Shown here: positions 38,872 through 47,514 of the stretch, piece by piece
Layout: every line of letters begins with the position of its first letter
How positions within the stretch are numbered: the first letter of the stretch is position 1
Origin: Myxococcota bacterium
GTDB taxonomy: Bacteria > Myxococcota_A > UBA796 > UBA2385
NCBI GenBank assembly: GCA_044344255.1
Contig: JBIJDH010000004.1
Span: 1-64,000 of the forward strand
Direction of reading: 5' to 3'
DNA: 64,000 bases
Made by a program: the position numbers and the translations under genes
The notes under the pieces: generated by a model
What the model saw: the letters and a program-made list of their open reading frames with translations, nothing else
The model's database searches: none
Told to the model about the DNA's origin: nothing

Positions 38872-40989
38872 ATGGCGTCCCGTACGGCTGTCTCGACCCC
38901 CCCGACCATCCTCGAGCGCCTCCGCTCGCAGGGGGACGTTTACCTTGCAGGATCCCTGATCGCCTTCATGGCGATCATGGTGATCCCGCTCCCTGCGCCG
39001 GCCCTCGACATCCTGCTCTCGCTGTCGGTCTCGATGAGCCTGCTCGTGCTCCTCGTCACCTTGTATGTCAAAAATCCGGTTGAATTCACCGTCTTCCCGA
39101 TGGTGCTGCTGGCGACGACCCTCTTCCGGCTCGCGCTCAACGTGGCGACCACGCGGCTCATCTTGCTCAACGGATCGGAGGGGCCTGACGCCGCGGGTCA
39201 TGTGGTGCGCACCTTCGGAGAGGTCGTCGTCGGCGGCAGCTATGTGGTCGGCCTCGTCGTGTTTGCGATCCTCATCGTCATCAACTTCGTCGTCATCACG
39301 AAGGGCGCGGGGCGAATCGCCGAGGTGGCGGCGCGCTTCACCCTCGACGCGATGCCCGGCAAGCAGATGGCGGTCGACGCCGAGCTCAACGCAGGCCTGA
39401 TTGACGAAAAGGCGGCCAAGAAGAGGCGGGAGGGCATCGCTCGGGAGGCCGACTTCTACGGATCGATGGACGGCGCCAGCAAGTTCATCCGCGGCGACGC
39501 GGTCGCGGGCATCCTGATCACGCTCATCAACATCGTGGGCGGCATCATCATTGGCGTCGTTCAGAAAGACATGCCGCTGAAGGAGGCGGTCCAGGTCTAC
39601 ACCGTGCTCACCATCGGTGACGGTCTGTTGAGTCAGGTCCCCGCTTTGATCATCAGCGCGGCCGCCGGCATGCTGGTGACCCGAGTTCCCGACACCGACG
39701 AGCAGAGCCTCCCAGCGCAATTCGGCCACCAGCTCTTCGGCTCTCACCGAGCGCTCGCCATGCTCTCGGCCTCGTTGATGGGCTTCATGGCGCTCCCCGG
39801 GCTGCGCCTGCCCTTCTTCCTGCTCGCGGCGGTGGCGGCCTTTGGTGCTTGGCGCGGCTGGAAGGCCGATCAGGAGCCCAAGCCAAAGGTGGCTGAGCAG
39901 CTCGAGGGCGTGGCCGTCCCGGAGAAGGCGGGTGAGCCGCCGGTCGAGACGCTCCTCCGCGTCGAGCCGCTCGCCATCGAGCTCGGTGTCGATCTCATCG
40001 GCCTCGTGGACGAAAAGAAGGGTGGCAACCTCGTCGAGCGCATCCAGCGCATCCGCCGTCAGGTGGCGCAAGACACCGGCCTCCTCGTGCCGCCGGTGCA
40101 CCTCCGCGACAACCTTCGCCTCGAAGGCAGTGAGTATCGGGTCTTGCTCCGCGGCGAGGAGGTCGGCCGCGGCAAGGTCACCCCACGGCAGCTCCTGGCG
40201 ATCAACCCCGGCGACGCGAGCGGGAACCTCCGCGGCCATCGGACGCGTGATCCTGTCTTTGGCCTCGAGGCCCTCTGGATCTCGGAGAGCCTGCGCCAGA
40301 AGGCGCAGGAGGCGGGCTACACGGTGGTCGATGTGCCCACCGTGGTCACCACCCACCTCACTGAGGTTCTGAACCAGCACGGCCACGAGCTCTTCGGCAG
40401 GCAGCAGCTGGCCGACCTGCTGGACCGCATCCAGGTCGACAACCCGCGCCTCGTCGAGGAGCTGATCCCCGAGCCCCTGAGTCGCAGCGTTGTGCTCCGC
40501 GTATTCCGCAACCTCCTTCGTGAGGGGGTGGCCATCCGTGATGCGCAGAGCATCCTCGAGGCGATGGCCGATCACGCGCCGCGCGTTCGTGATGCCGATG
40601 CGCTCACCGAATTCGTGCGCCAGCGCCTCTCTCGCCACATCACCCGTCGCTACTCGGGTGAGGCGGGCGTGGTCAACTACATCGGCCTCGCCGCGGACGC
40701 TGAGGAGGCGCTCTCGAGCTCGGTGACCTCCGGGGAGGGCGGCGCGCTCAATCTCGCGCTCGACCCGGAAGACGCGCGGCGCCTCCTCATCAGCCTGCGG
40801 AACGTCTCGGAGCAGTGGCGGGGCTCGGCAGACCTCGTGCTGCTGGTGCCGCCGCTCGTTCGGGGGCCGCTTCGTCGCCTCACCGAGAAGCTCCTCCCGC
40901 GCGTGGCGGTGCTCTCTCCAGGCGAGCTCCTGCCCACCGTGCGCCTCGAGCGTGTGGCGGCTGTCTCCCTCAAGTCGGCGGGGGCTTGA
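38872..40989 (+). CDS. flhA: Flagellar export gate protein FlhA
   Basis: LFRLALNVATTRLIL, ITKGAGRIAEVAARFTLDAMPGKQM, EADFYGSMDGASKFIRGDA. Confidence 0.97.
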   Translation: MASRTAVSTPPTILERLRSQGDVYLAGSLIAFMAIMVIPLPAPALDILLSLSVSMSLLVLLVTLYVKNPVEFTVFPMVLLATTLFRLALNVATTRLILLNGSEGPDAAGHVVRTFGEVVVGGSYVVGLVVFAILIVINFVVITKGAGRIAEVAARFTLDAMPGKQMAVDAELNAGLIDEKAAKKRREGIAREADFYGSMDGASKFIRGDAVAGILITLINIVGGIIIGVVQKDMPLKEAVQVYTVLTIGDGLLSQVPALIISAAAGMLVTRVPDTDEQSLPAQFGHQLFGSHRALAMLSASLMGFMALPGLRLPFFLLAAVAAFGAWRGWKADQEPKPKVAEQLEGVAVPEKAGEPPVETLLRVEPLAIELGVDLIGLVDEKKGGNLVERIQRIRRQVAQDTGLLVPPVHLRDNLRLEGSEYRVLLRGEEVGRGKVTPRQLLAINPGDASGNLRGHRTRDPVFGLEALWISESLRQKAQEAGYTVVDVPTVVTTHLTEVLNQHGHELFGRQQLADLLDRIQVDNPRLVEELIPEPLSRSVVLRVFRNLLREGVAIRDAQSILEAMADHAPRVRDADALTEFVRQRLSRHITRRYSGEAGVVNYIGLAADAEEALSSSVTSGEGGALNLALDPEDARRLLISLRNVSEQWRGSADLVLLVPPLVRGPLRRLTEKLLPRVAVLSPGELLPTVRLERVAAVSLKSAGA

Positions 40990-40992
40990 GCT

Positions 40993-41937
40993 GTGGTGAC
41001 CAAGGGCGGCCACCATCGGGTCCGGGTGCGGGCGATGTACGCAGCCGCCGAGCCCAGCGCGGCGCCGGTGGCGGCGGACCGGGTCCCTGAGAGTGAAGAG
41101 CCGACCGCCCCCTTGGATCCCGTGAGCGTAGGTGTCTACGGACGCGCCGGCCGAGTGACTGAGGGCCGTCGGATCGAGGGATGCACCCGCGAAGAGATCT
41201 GCGAGAAGTACCGGGGCCGCATCCTCATCATCGCGCGGCGCGTGGGTGAGCGACTCCCCGCCAGCTGTGAGATCGAGACGGCCGACCTCGCGGGCTTCGG
41301 CGCCATCGGCCTCCTCGAGGCCTTCGACCGCTTCGACGCCGAGCGAACAATTCTCTTCTCAACGTACGCGGAGTACCGCATCCGCGGGGCGATGATGGAC
41401 GCGCTCCGTCAGAATGACGCCTTCAGCCGGCACCGTCGCCAGATGGCGCGCAAGGTGCAGCTGGCCTCCGCGGCGCTGTTGTCGGAGCTCGGCCGGCCTG
41501 CGCGCCCGGAGGAGGTCGCCGCGCGGCTCGAGGTCGATCTCGCGACCTACTGGTCGGTGGTAGACCGCACCCTCCCCGTCTCCTTCGTGAGCTTCGACGC
41601 CCAGTCTACCGAAGGAGATGACCACTCTCCGCCCTTGTTGGAGACCCTGCACGCCGGGGAAGGGCAGGAGGCGCTGCAGGCCTTGATGGGTCAGGACGCC
41701 CGTCGCCTGCTGAAGGAGGCGATACTGGCGCTTCCGGAGCGGAAGCGCCAATGTGTGCTGCTATACTACGGCCGCGGTCTCAGCCTCGCTGAGGTAGCGG
41801 CCGTGTTTGACCTGACGTCGGCGCGGATCTGCCAGATCCTCTCTGCGGCGCGGATTGATCTCCGCGCGGCCCTGGAGGGGAAGATCTCGGTCGAAGACCT
41901 CGACGGCATGGATATCGCCAAGGTGGAGTCCTCTTGA
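40993..41937 (+). CDS. fliA: Flagellar sigma factor sigma28 (FliA/WhiG) with an N-terminal extension
   Basis: GLLEAFDRFD...FSTYAEYRIRGAMMDALR; region 4 LPER...LYY..GLSLAEVA..F.LT..RICQI; start uncertain (40993/41035). Confidence 0.92.
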   Translation: MVTKGGHHRVRVRAMYAAAEPSAAPVAADRVPESEEPTAPLDPVSVGVYGRAGRVTEGRRIEGCTREEICEKYRGRILIIARRVGERLPASCEIETADLAGFGAIGLLEAFDRFDAERTILFSTYAEYRIRGAMMDALRQNDAFSRHRRQMARKVQLASAALLSELGRPARPEEVAARLEVDLATYWSVVDRTLPVSFVSFDAQSTEGDDHSPPLLETLHAGEGQEALQALMGQDARRLLKEAILALPERKRQCVLLYYGRGLSLAEVAAVFDLTSARICQILSAARIDLRAALEGKISVEDLDGMDIAKVESS

Positions 41938-42653
41938 GCCGCGACATTTTTCCTTCTCTCTCCGGGGCGATCGCCTCGGCTCGGCAGATCGAGCTGGTGG
42001 CCAACAACGTGGCCAACCAGTCTACGGTGGGCTTCAAGGCGCAGCGAGGCACCTTCGAGCAGGTCAACCGGAGCTTCGAGCCCCTGGCGAACAGCTACGT
42101 CAAGCTCTCCCCTGGGTACCCCGATCTCTCCGACGGTCCCCTCATCGAAGATGGGGGTGAGACCCACCTCGCCCTCCAAGGCCGCGGCTTCCTCGTGGTC
42201 GAAGGCGGGGAAGGGCAGGGAGGGCAGCTGCTCTGCCGTGGCGGCGCCCTCCGCCTTGACCGCGATGGCTTCCTGGTGACCGACCGCGGTGAGAAGGTGC
42301 TCGGGGAGTCCGGGCCCATCCAGGTGCCGGAGAACGAGCACATCACCGTCGATCAGGCGGGGAAGGTCTCGACGACCCGGGGGGATGAGCTCGCACAGCT
42401 CCGCCTCGTCGTCCCCTCCGGCCCGCCGGGGAGCGTCGAGGAGCTGGGCGGCACCCGCTGGCTGGCTCGCGCCGGCACTCGTCCGGCCACCGAGGTGGTC
42501 GTCGTGCAAGGGGCGCTCGAGGGCTCGAACACCAACCCCGTCAAAGAGATGGTCGATCTCATCCAGGCGACCCGCTACTTCGAGCTCTACCAGAAGGCGA
42601 TGCAGACCTCAGACGAGCTCGACGGACGTATGTATGCAACAGGGAGAGGCTGA
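41934..42653 (+). CDS. flgF: Flagellar basal-body rod protein FlgF
   Basis: ANNVANQSTVGFK, LALQGRGF, QGALEGSNTNPVKEMVDLI. Confidence 0.9.
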   Translation: MSRDIFPSLSGAIASARQIELVANNVANQSTVGFKAQRGTFEQVNRSFEPLANSYVKLSPGYPDLSDGPLIEDGGETHLALQGRGFLVVEGGEGQGGQLLCRGGALRLDRDGFLVTDRGEKVLGESGPIQVPENEHITVDQAGKVSTTRGDELAQLRLVVPSGPPGSVEELGGTRWLARAGTRPATEVVVVQGALEGSNTNPVKEMVDLIQATRYFELYQKAMQTSDELDGRMYATGRG

Positions 42654-43429
42654 TGCGCGCCCTTTATAGCGCTGCGACGGGCATGGCTGCCCAGCAGCTC
42701 AAGATCGATAACATCTCGAACAACCTCGCGAACGTCTCGACGACCGGCTACAAGAAAGCCCGCGAGTCCTTCGAAGACCTCGTCTACCAGAACATGCCCA
42801 TCGGGGGCGTCTCCAACGACACACCTCGGCCGGTCGGTATCCAAATCGGTACGGGTGTTCGGACCCTCGCCATCACCCGAGACTTCCGGAATGGCGACCA
42901 AGTCTACACCGGTAACCAGTTCGATGTGACGATCGGCGGCCGCGGGTTCTTCGTGCTCGAAGGCCCGAACGGTGAAGAGCGGTACACCCGAGACGGTCAC
43001 TTCATTAAGAACGCAGACGGGGAGCTGGTCACCGCCGCTGGCTACAAGATGTCGCCGGGAATAGAGGTCCCGGAGGATGCGATCGCTGTCATCATCTCCG
43101 AGGATGGCACGGTCCAGGCGCAGTACCAGGATCAAGTCGACCTCGCGACCCTCGGCGTGATCCAGCTCGTCGATTTCGTCAACCCTGCAGGCCTCCGCGC
43201 GGTGGGCGGCAATCTGTTCACGGTGAGCCCCGAGAGCGGTGAACCGCAGATCCTGGAGCCGGGAGACGGCTTCGTCAACCTGCAGCAGGGCTTCCTCGAG
43301 AACAGCAACGTCGACATCGCCGAGGAGCTGATCAACATGATCATCGCCCAGCGCGCCTTCGAGACGAACAGCAAGGTCATCGAGACCGAGGATCAGAACC
43401 TCCAGACCGTGAATCAGCTCAAGCGCTGA
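42653..43429 (+). CDS. flgG: Flagellar distal rod protein FlgG
   Basis: MRALYSAATGM.AQQ, SNNLANVSTTGYKK, FEDLVYQ, YTRDG, LENSNV..AEE. Confidence 0.96.
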   Translation: MRALYSAATGMAAQQLKIDNISNNLANVSTTGYKKARESFEDLVYQNMPIGGVSNDTPRPVGIQIGTGVRTLAITRDFRNGDQVYTGNQFDVTIGGRGFFVLEGPNGEERYTRDGHFIKNADGELVTAAGYKMSPGIEVPEDAIAVIISEDGTVQAQYQDQVDLATLGVIQLVDFVNPAGLRAVGGNLFTVSPESGEPQILEPGDGFVNLQQGFLENSNVDIAEELINMIIAQRAFETNSKVIETEDQNLQTVNQLKR

Positions 43430-43458
43430 GCCCGAAGCACCGTCGGCGACCCGCCTCC

Positions 43459-44202
43459 ATGCAGCTCCCCATCCGCGATCCCCTGCTGCGTCAATCCATC
43501 CGGCCCATGGTGTGTGGGCTGGTGGGCGGCGCGCTGCTCTGTGGCGCGCCCGCATTCGGGGCCGTCTCGGTGGACGCCGTGTCGGCAGCCCTCCGAGCCG
43601 AGGTGGCGGCCCGCCTGGAGAAGGCCGAGTCGGACGTCGTGGTGGGCTTCCCCGGCCTCACGGCTCCCCTCGACTGCGCCGAGAGCTCTACCCTGCAGGT
43701 GCAGGCGTCGCCGGGTGAGCGCTTTCGGGGCCACCCGAACCTGCGCCTTCGGGTCACCGAGCCCGACGGTCGGGTCTGCGCCGACCTTCGGCTGCGGCCG
43801 GAGCTTCGCCTCTACGGGCAGGTGCCGGTCGCTGCGAACGCGGTCGGGGCGGGCGCGCCGGTGACGGTGCAGATGGAGCGTGTCGCCCTCGATCGGGTAG
43901 ACGGTGCGCTCATCCCCGTCGGAGATGCGCCCGAAGCGAGCGGCCCCTGGGAGGCACGTGGGCCCTTGCAGAGAGGGCAGCCGCTGACCCTCTCGCGTGT
44001 GCGGGCCACCCCGGCCGGGCGGCAGGGCGCTGAGGTGCTCCTCGTTGCCAGCTCAGGCCCCCTGCGGGTTCAGGCTGCGGGGCGGCTCCTCGACGACGTC
44101 GCGCTGGGTGGTGAGGTGCGTGTGACCAACCTCGCTACGGGGGTCGTCGTGAACGGTGTGCTGGTGGAGCCTGGCGTCGTCCGGGCTGGAGCGCGTCCAT
44201 GA
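43459..44202 (+). CDS. flgA: P-ring formation chaperone FlgA
   Basis: Signal peptide; C-terminal V.L.ASSG.L.V.A.G..L.D...G..VRV.N..TG; position between flgG and flgH. Confidence 0.82.
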   Translation: MQLPIRDPLLRQSIRPMVCGLVGGALLCGAPAFGAVSVDAVSAALRAEVAARLEKAESDVVVGFPGLTAPLDCAESSTLQVQASPGERFRGHPNLRLRVTEPDGRVCADLRLRPELRLYGQVPVAANAVGAGAPVTVQMERVALDRVDGALIPVGDAPEASGPWEARGPLQRGQPLTLSRVRATPAGRQGAEVLLVASSGPLRVQAAGRLLDDVALGGEVRVTNLATGVVVNGVLVEPGVVRAGARP

Positions 44203-44927
44203 AGTCCCCCTCAGCCGGCTCCCGAGTGGCGGGCGCCTCGGCGCCTACCCGTCGTGCCCTGGTCGTCCTCGTCCTCGTGCTCGGCCTGGGCACCTCTGAG
44301 AGCCTCGCGGCTCCGCCGGTCCCTCCCCCGGTGACAGCCCAGCCCACCTCGGTCGAGCCTTCGCCGCCAGGGAGCCTCTGGAACGAAGGGACGGCACGGA
44401 TCTTGATCGGGCTGGACTCCAACGCCCGGCGCACCGGCGACCTCATCACGGTGAACATCACCGAAGAGACCCGGACTGAGCTCCTCGCCAACACCGAGGC
44501 GAACCGCGAGTCCTCGGTGGGCGGCGGCATCGGCTCGCTGTTTGGGCTCGACAAGGGGGCCACCAAGGCTAACGACAACCTGGACGGGGAGCTGTCGCTG
44601 TCGGTCGAAGGCGGGTCCGCCTTTAAGGGCGATGGTAAGACCTCTCGCGAGGCCTCGGTTGTCGGGAAGCTCACCTGCAAGGTGATCGAGGTGCAACCCA
44701 ACGGGAACCTCGTGATCTGGGGCTGGAAGGAGGTCAGGGCCAACCGCGAGACTCAGTACATGGTGGTCTCGGGGACTGTCCGTCCGCAGGACATCAAGGC
44801 GGACAACACCGTGGACAGCCAGCTCCTCGCCGAGGCCCACATTGAATTCAACGGGAACGGCCCGCTCTCTGACAAGCAGGGCCCGGGGCTCGGTCAACGA
44901 GTGCTCGACCGCACCTGGCCCTTCTGA
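44199..44927 (+). CDS. flgH: Flagellar L-ring protein FlgH
   Basis: GSLW, ARRTGDLITVNITE, V.PNGNLVI.G.KEV..N.E.Q, SGTVRPQDI..DN, terminal WPF. Confidence 0.94.
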   Translation: MKSPSAGSRVAGASAPTRRALVVLVLVLGLGTSESLAAPPVPPPVTAQPTSVEPSPPGSLWNEGTARILIGLDSNARRTGDLITVNITEETRTELLANTEANRESSVGGGIGSLFGLDKGATKANDNLDGELSLSVEGGSAFKGDGKTSREASVVGKLTCKVIEVQPNGNLVIWGWKEVRANRETQYMVVSGTVRPQDIKADNTVDSQLLAEAHIEFNGNGPLSDKQGPGLGQRVLDRTWPF

Positions 44928-44935
44928 GGTCTCCC

Positions 44936-46102
44936 TTGATGGTCTGCCCTTCGCCTTCCACGCCGGCCCCGACCTCGCACTCCCGCGCGCGGCGGTTTGG
45001 CTTGGTTCGGGCCGCGCTGCTCCTGCTCTTCACGCTGCTGGCCCTCCGCGTCGCCCCCGCCGAGGCGGCCCGCGTCAAGGACATCGCGACCCTGTACGGG
45101 GTCCGTGACAACGTGCTCTCGGGGCAGGGCCTCGTGACCGGCCTGAACCGCTCCGGAGACTCTCGGCGAAACGAGGCAGCGATCCGGGCCCTCGCCAATA
45201 AGCTCCAGGGCCTGGGCTTTACGATCAGCACCGACGAGATCATCGCGCGGAACGTAGCGATCGTGATGGTGACCGCCCGAATGGCCGCGGATGCCCGGCC
45301 TGGAGCCGCCATCGATGTCGAGGTCAGCTCTTCGGGTGACGCCACGAGCCTCGAGGGCGGGGTGCTCCAACTCGCGGCCTTGTATGCCCCGAACGGTCAA
45401 GTGTTCGCCACAGCACAGGGTCCTCTCTTGGTGGGCGGCTTCCAGGTCGAGGCCGAGGGGAGCAGCACGCGGAAGAACCATCCCACGGTGGGCCGAATCC
45501 CGGAGGGGGCGATCGTGGAGCGGGAGAACCCGAACCGCCTCGACCTCGACATCCAGGAGAGGGTCGATTGGATCATCCACCAGCCCGATTTCACCACCAC
45601 CCTGCGTGTCGCGGACGCGATCAACCAGGCCTTTGGGGAGGACATCGCCAAACCGCGAGACCGAGGCAGCGTGAGCGTGCGGGTCCCCGAGCGCTACAAG
45701 GGTCGGGTGGTGGAGCTGGTCTCGCAGATCGAGTCGCTGACCGTGGCCGTCGATGCGACGGCCCGGGTGGTCGTCAACGAACGAACCGGCACGGTGGTCA
45801 TGGGGGCCGACGTCAAGATCTCTCCGGTCGCGATCGCCTACGGCGCGCTGTCGATCGAGGTCCAGCGCACCACGGACGTCAGCCAACCCGGCCCGCTCTC
45901 CGGCGGCAAGACGGTCAAGTCGAACAACGCGAACCTCGTGGTCAAGGAGGGGGACGGTGAGCTCGTGATGGTGGAAGGCATCAGCATCGGCGAGCTCGTG
46001 AAGGCCTTGAACAAGATCGGCGTGAAGCCGCGCGACCTGATCCAGATCCTGATGGCCATCAAGTCCGCCGGGGCCTTGCAGGCCGAGCTGGAGGTCCAGT
46101 GA
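44936..46102 (+). CDS. flgI: Flagellar P-ring protein FlgI
   Basis: RVKDIA...GVRDN.L.G.GLVTGL..SGD, NVAIVMVTA, GDATSLEGG.L, VNERTGTVV.G, AGALQAEL. Confidence 0.96.
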   Translation: MMVCPSPSTPAPTSHSRARRFGLVRAALLLLFTLLALRVAPAEAARVKDIATLYGVRDNVLSGQGLVTGLNRSGDSRRNEAAIRALANKLQGLGFTISTDEIIARNVAIVMVTARMAADARPGAAIDVEVSSSGDATSLEGGVLQLAALYAPNGQVFATAQGPLLVGGFQVEAEGSSTRKNHPTVGRIPEGAIVERENPNRLDLDIQERVDWIIHQPDFTTTLRVADAINQAFGEDIAKPRDRGSVSVRVPERYKGRVVELVSQIESLTVAVDATARVVVNERTGTVVMGADVKISPVAIAYGALSIEVQRTTDVSQPGPLSGGKTVKSNNANLVVKEGDGELVMVEGISIGELVKALNKIGVKPRDLIQILMAIKSAGALQAELEVQ

Positions 46103-46857
46103 GCGTCGATCCGTTGGGCGCCGCGCGCTCCGTGATCTCCGAGGCCCGCCTCGCCGCGATCGCGCCCCCCTCCGACACCTCGAAGGTGAGCGCGGAGACA
46201 GCCGCGCGCCAGTTTGAGGGCTACCTCGCGCAGCTGATGATTCGGGAGATGAAGAAGACTGTCCCAGAGGGGCTTTTCAATTCTCCGGCGATGGAGGTCT
46301 TTTCGGACCTCTTCGATGCCGAGATCGCGAACCGGATGAGCGAGGGTAGGGGGCTCGGGCTGGCAGCGCAGATCACCGCTCGGATCACCGGACAGCCCCT
46401 CCACGGCGCCGCCTCAGCCGGCCCGGAGACGAGCGCGGCCGCGACGACCGCCCGATCGCGCGGGAGCGGTGCGGTCATGCCGGTCATCGGCCGGTTGACC
46501 TCCCGATTCGGTCAGCGGGCCGACCCCTTCGACGGCACCCGACGGAGCCACCAGGGGGTAGACATCGCGGCCCCGCGCGGCGCGCCCGTGAGCCCCGTGA
46601 AGGCGGGCACGGTGACCATGGCGGGCCGCCGCAGCGGCTACGGCAACGTCGTCGTCGTCGATCACGGAGACGGGCTGACGACGCTCTACGCCCACTGTGA
46701 CTCGCTCTCCGTGCGCGCGGGGCAGCAGGTGCAGCCCGGCGATGTGATCGCTCAGGTGGGGGACACGGGGCGCGCGACCGGCCCCCATTTGCACTTCGAG
46801 GTGCGCTCCGACGGCGTGGCTGTCGACCCGATTGAGACATTCGGGTGGCGGCGTTGA
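46099..46857 (+). CDS. flgJ: FlgJ rod-capping domain fused to an M23 peptidase
   Basis: AARQFEGYL...M.REMKKTV...GLGLA rod-binding domain; HQGVD, YAH, TGPHLHFE M23 motifs. Confidence 0.88.
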   Translation: MSVDPLGAARSVISEARLAAIAPPSDTSKVSAETAARQFEGYLAQLMIREMKKTVPEGLFNSPAMEVFSDLFDAEIANRMSEGRGLGLAAQITARITGQPLHGAASAGPETSAAATTARSRGSGAVMPVIGRLTSRFGQRADPFDGTRRSHQGVDIAAPRGAPVSPVKAGTVTMAGRRSGYGNVVVVDHGDGLTTLYAHCDSLSVRAGQQVQPGDVIAQVGDTGRATGPHLHFEVRSDGVAVDPIETFGWRR

Positions 46858-46867
46858 GGCTCGTCCT

Positions 46868-46894
46868 TAACTTCTGCGCGGCCCCGTCCGAAGA
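46868..46894 (+). promoter_or_regulatory. Sigma28-type promoter of flgM
   Basis: TAAC-N15-TCCGAAGA vs consensus TAAA-N15-GCCGATAA. Confidence 0.65.
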
Positions 46895-46912
46895 GGGAGA
46901 TCGGAGGCGGTC

Positions 46913-47185
46913 ATGAAAATTGAACCCACCATAGTCGCGCGAGCTGCGTTGTCCGCCCGAGCCCTCGGGAAGGGTGCGCGGGTGAGCAGCGGGGCGGCCG
47001 CGGTAGACGCCGTCGCGCTGTCGGCGTCCGCGCGCTTTGTGAACGAGCTTCGGGACGCCGTAGAGAATACGCCGGGGGTCCGTGCCGACGTGGTCGAGCA
47101 GGCCCGCGCCGACATCGCGTCGGGTCGCCTTGGCGGAGAGCTTGACCTCAACTTGGCGCTGGACTCCTTGCTCGCAGGCTTCTGA
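46913..47185 (+). CDS. flgM: Anti-sigma28 factor FlgM
   Basis: MKI..., DAVALSASA, VRADVVEQARADIASG; size and position. Confidence 0.85.
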   Translation: MKIEPTIVARAALSARALGKGARVSSGAAAVDAVALSASARFVNELRDAVENTPGVRADVVEQARADIASGRLGGELDLNLALDSLLAGF

Positions 47186-47514
47186 TGGAGCGTCCGCTCG
47201 AAGAGATCCTGGAGGATTCGCTGGCGGTGGCTGAACAGCAGCTCACCGCCGCGCGCGCGTTGGACGTCGAGGCTCTCCGAGAGGCCACCAATCGCCGCCA
47301 GGACCTCAACTTTGAGCTGGAGCTCATCGAGGCCGAAGAGCTCGATATCCGAGGGGACACGCTCATTGAAGGGCTGCTCCTCGACCTACAGCAGATCGAT
47401 CGCCGCATCACCGCCGTCGTGGGCGCGGCCAACGCGGTCTTCTCGACCCTCATCCCCCGTGAGCCGCCGCCGACCTATTCGGCCACCGGTCGGCTCCGTG
47501 GAGGCGCAGCATGA
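47185..47514 (+). CDS. flgN: FlgN-like export chaperone
   Basis: Helical 109 aa between flgM and flgK, ends in TYSATG. Confidence 0.6.
   Translation: MERPLEEILEDSLAVAEQQLTAARALDVEALREATNRRQDLNFELELIEAEELDIRGDTLIEGLLLDLQQIDRRITAVVGAANAVFSTLIPREPPPTYSATGRLRGGAA

Noticed and set aside
38671..41016. Long antisense/alternative ORFs (e.g. 781 aa here; also 1108-2727, 24498-26192, 26690-28237, 59142-60818, 60479-62116)
   Set aside because: Shadows of well-supported genes, expected in very high-GC DNA; no recognisable motifs
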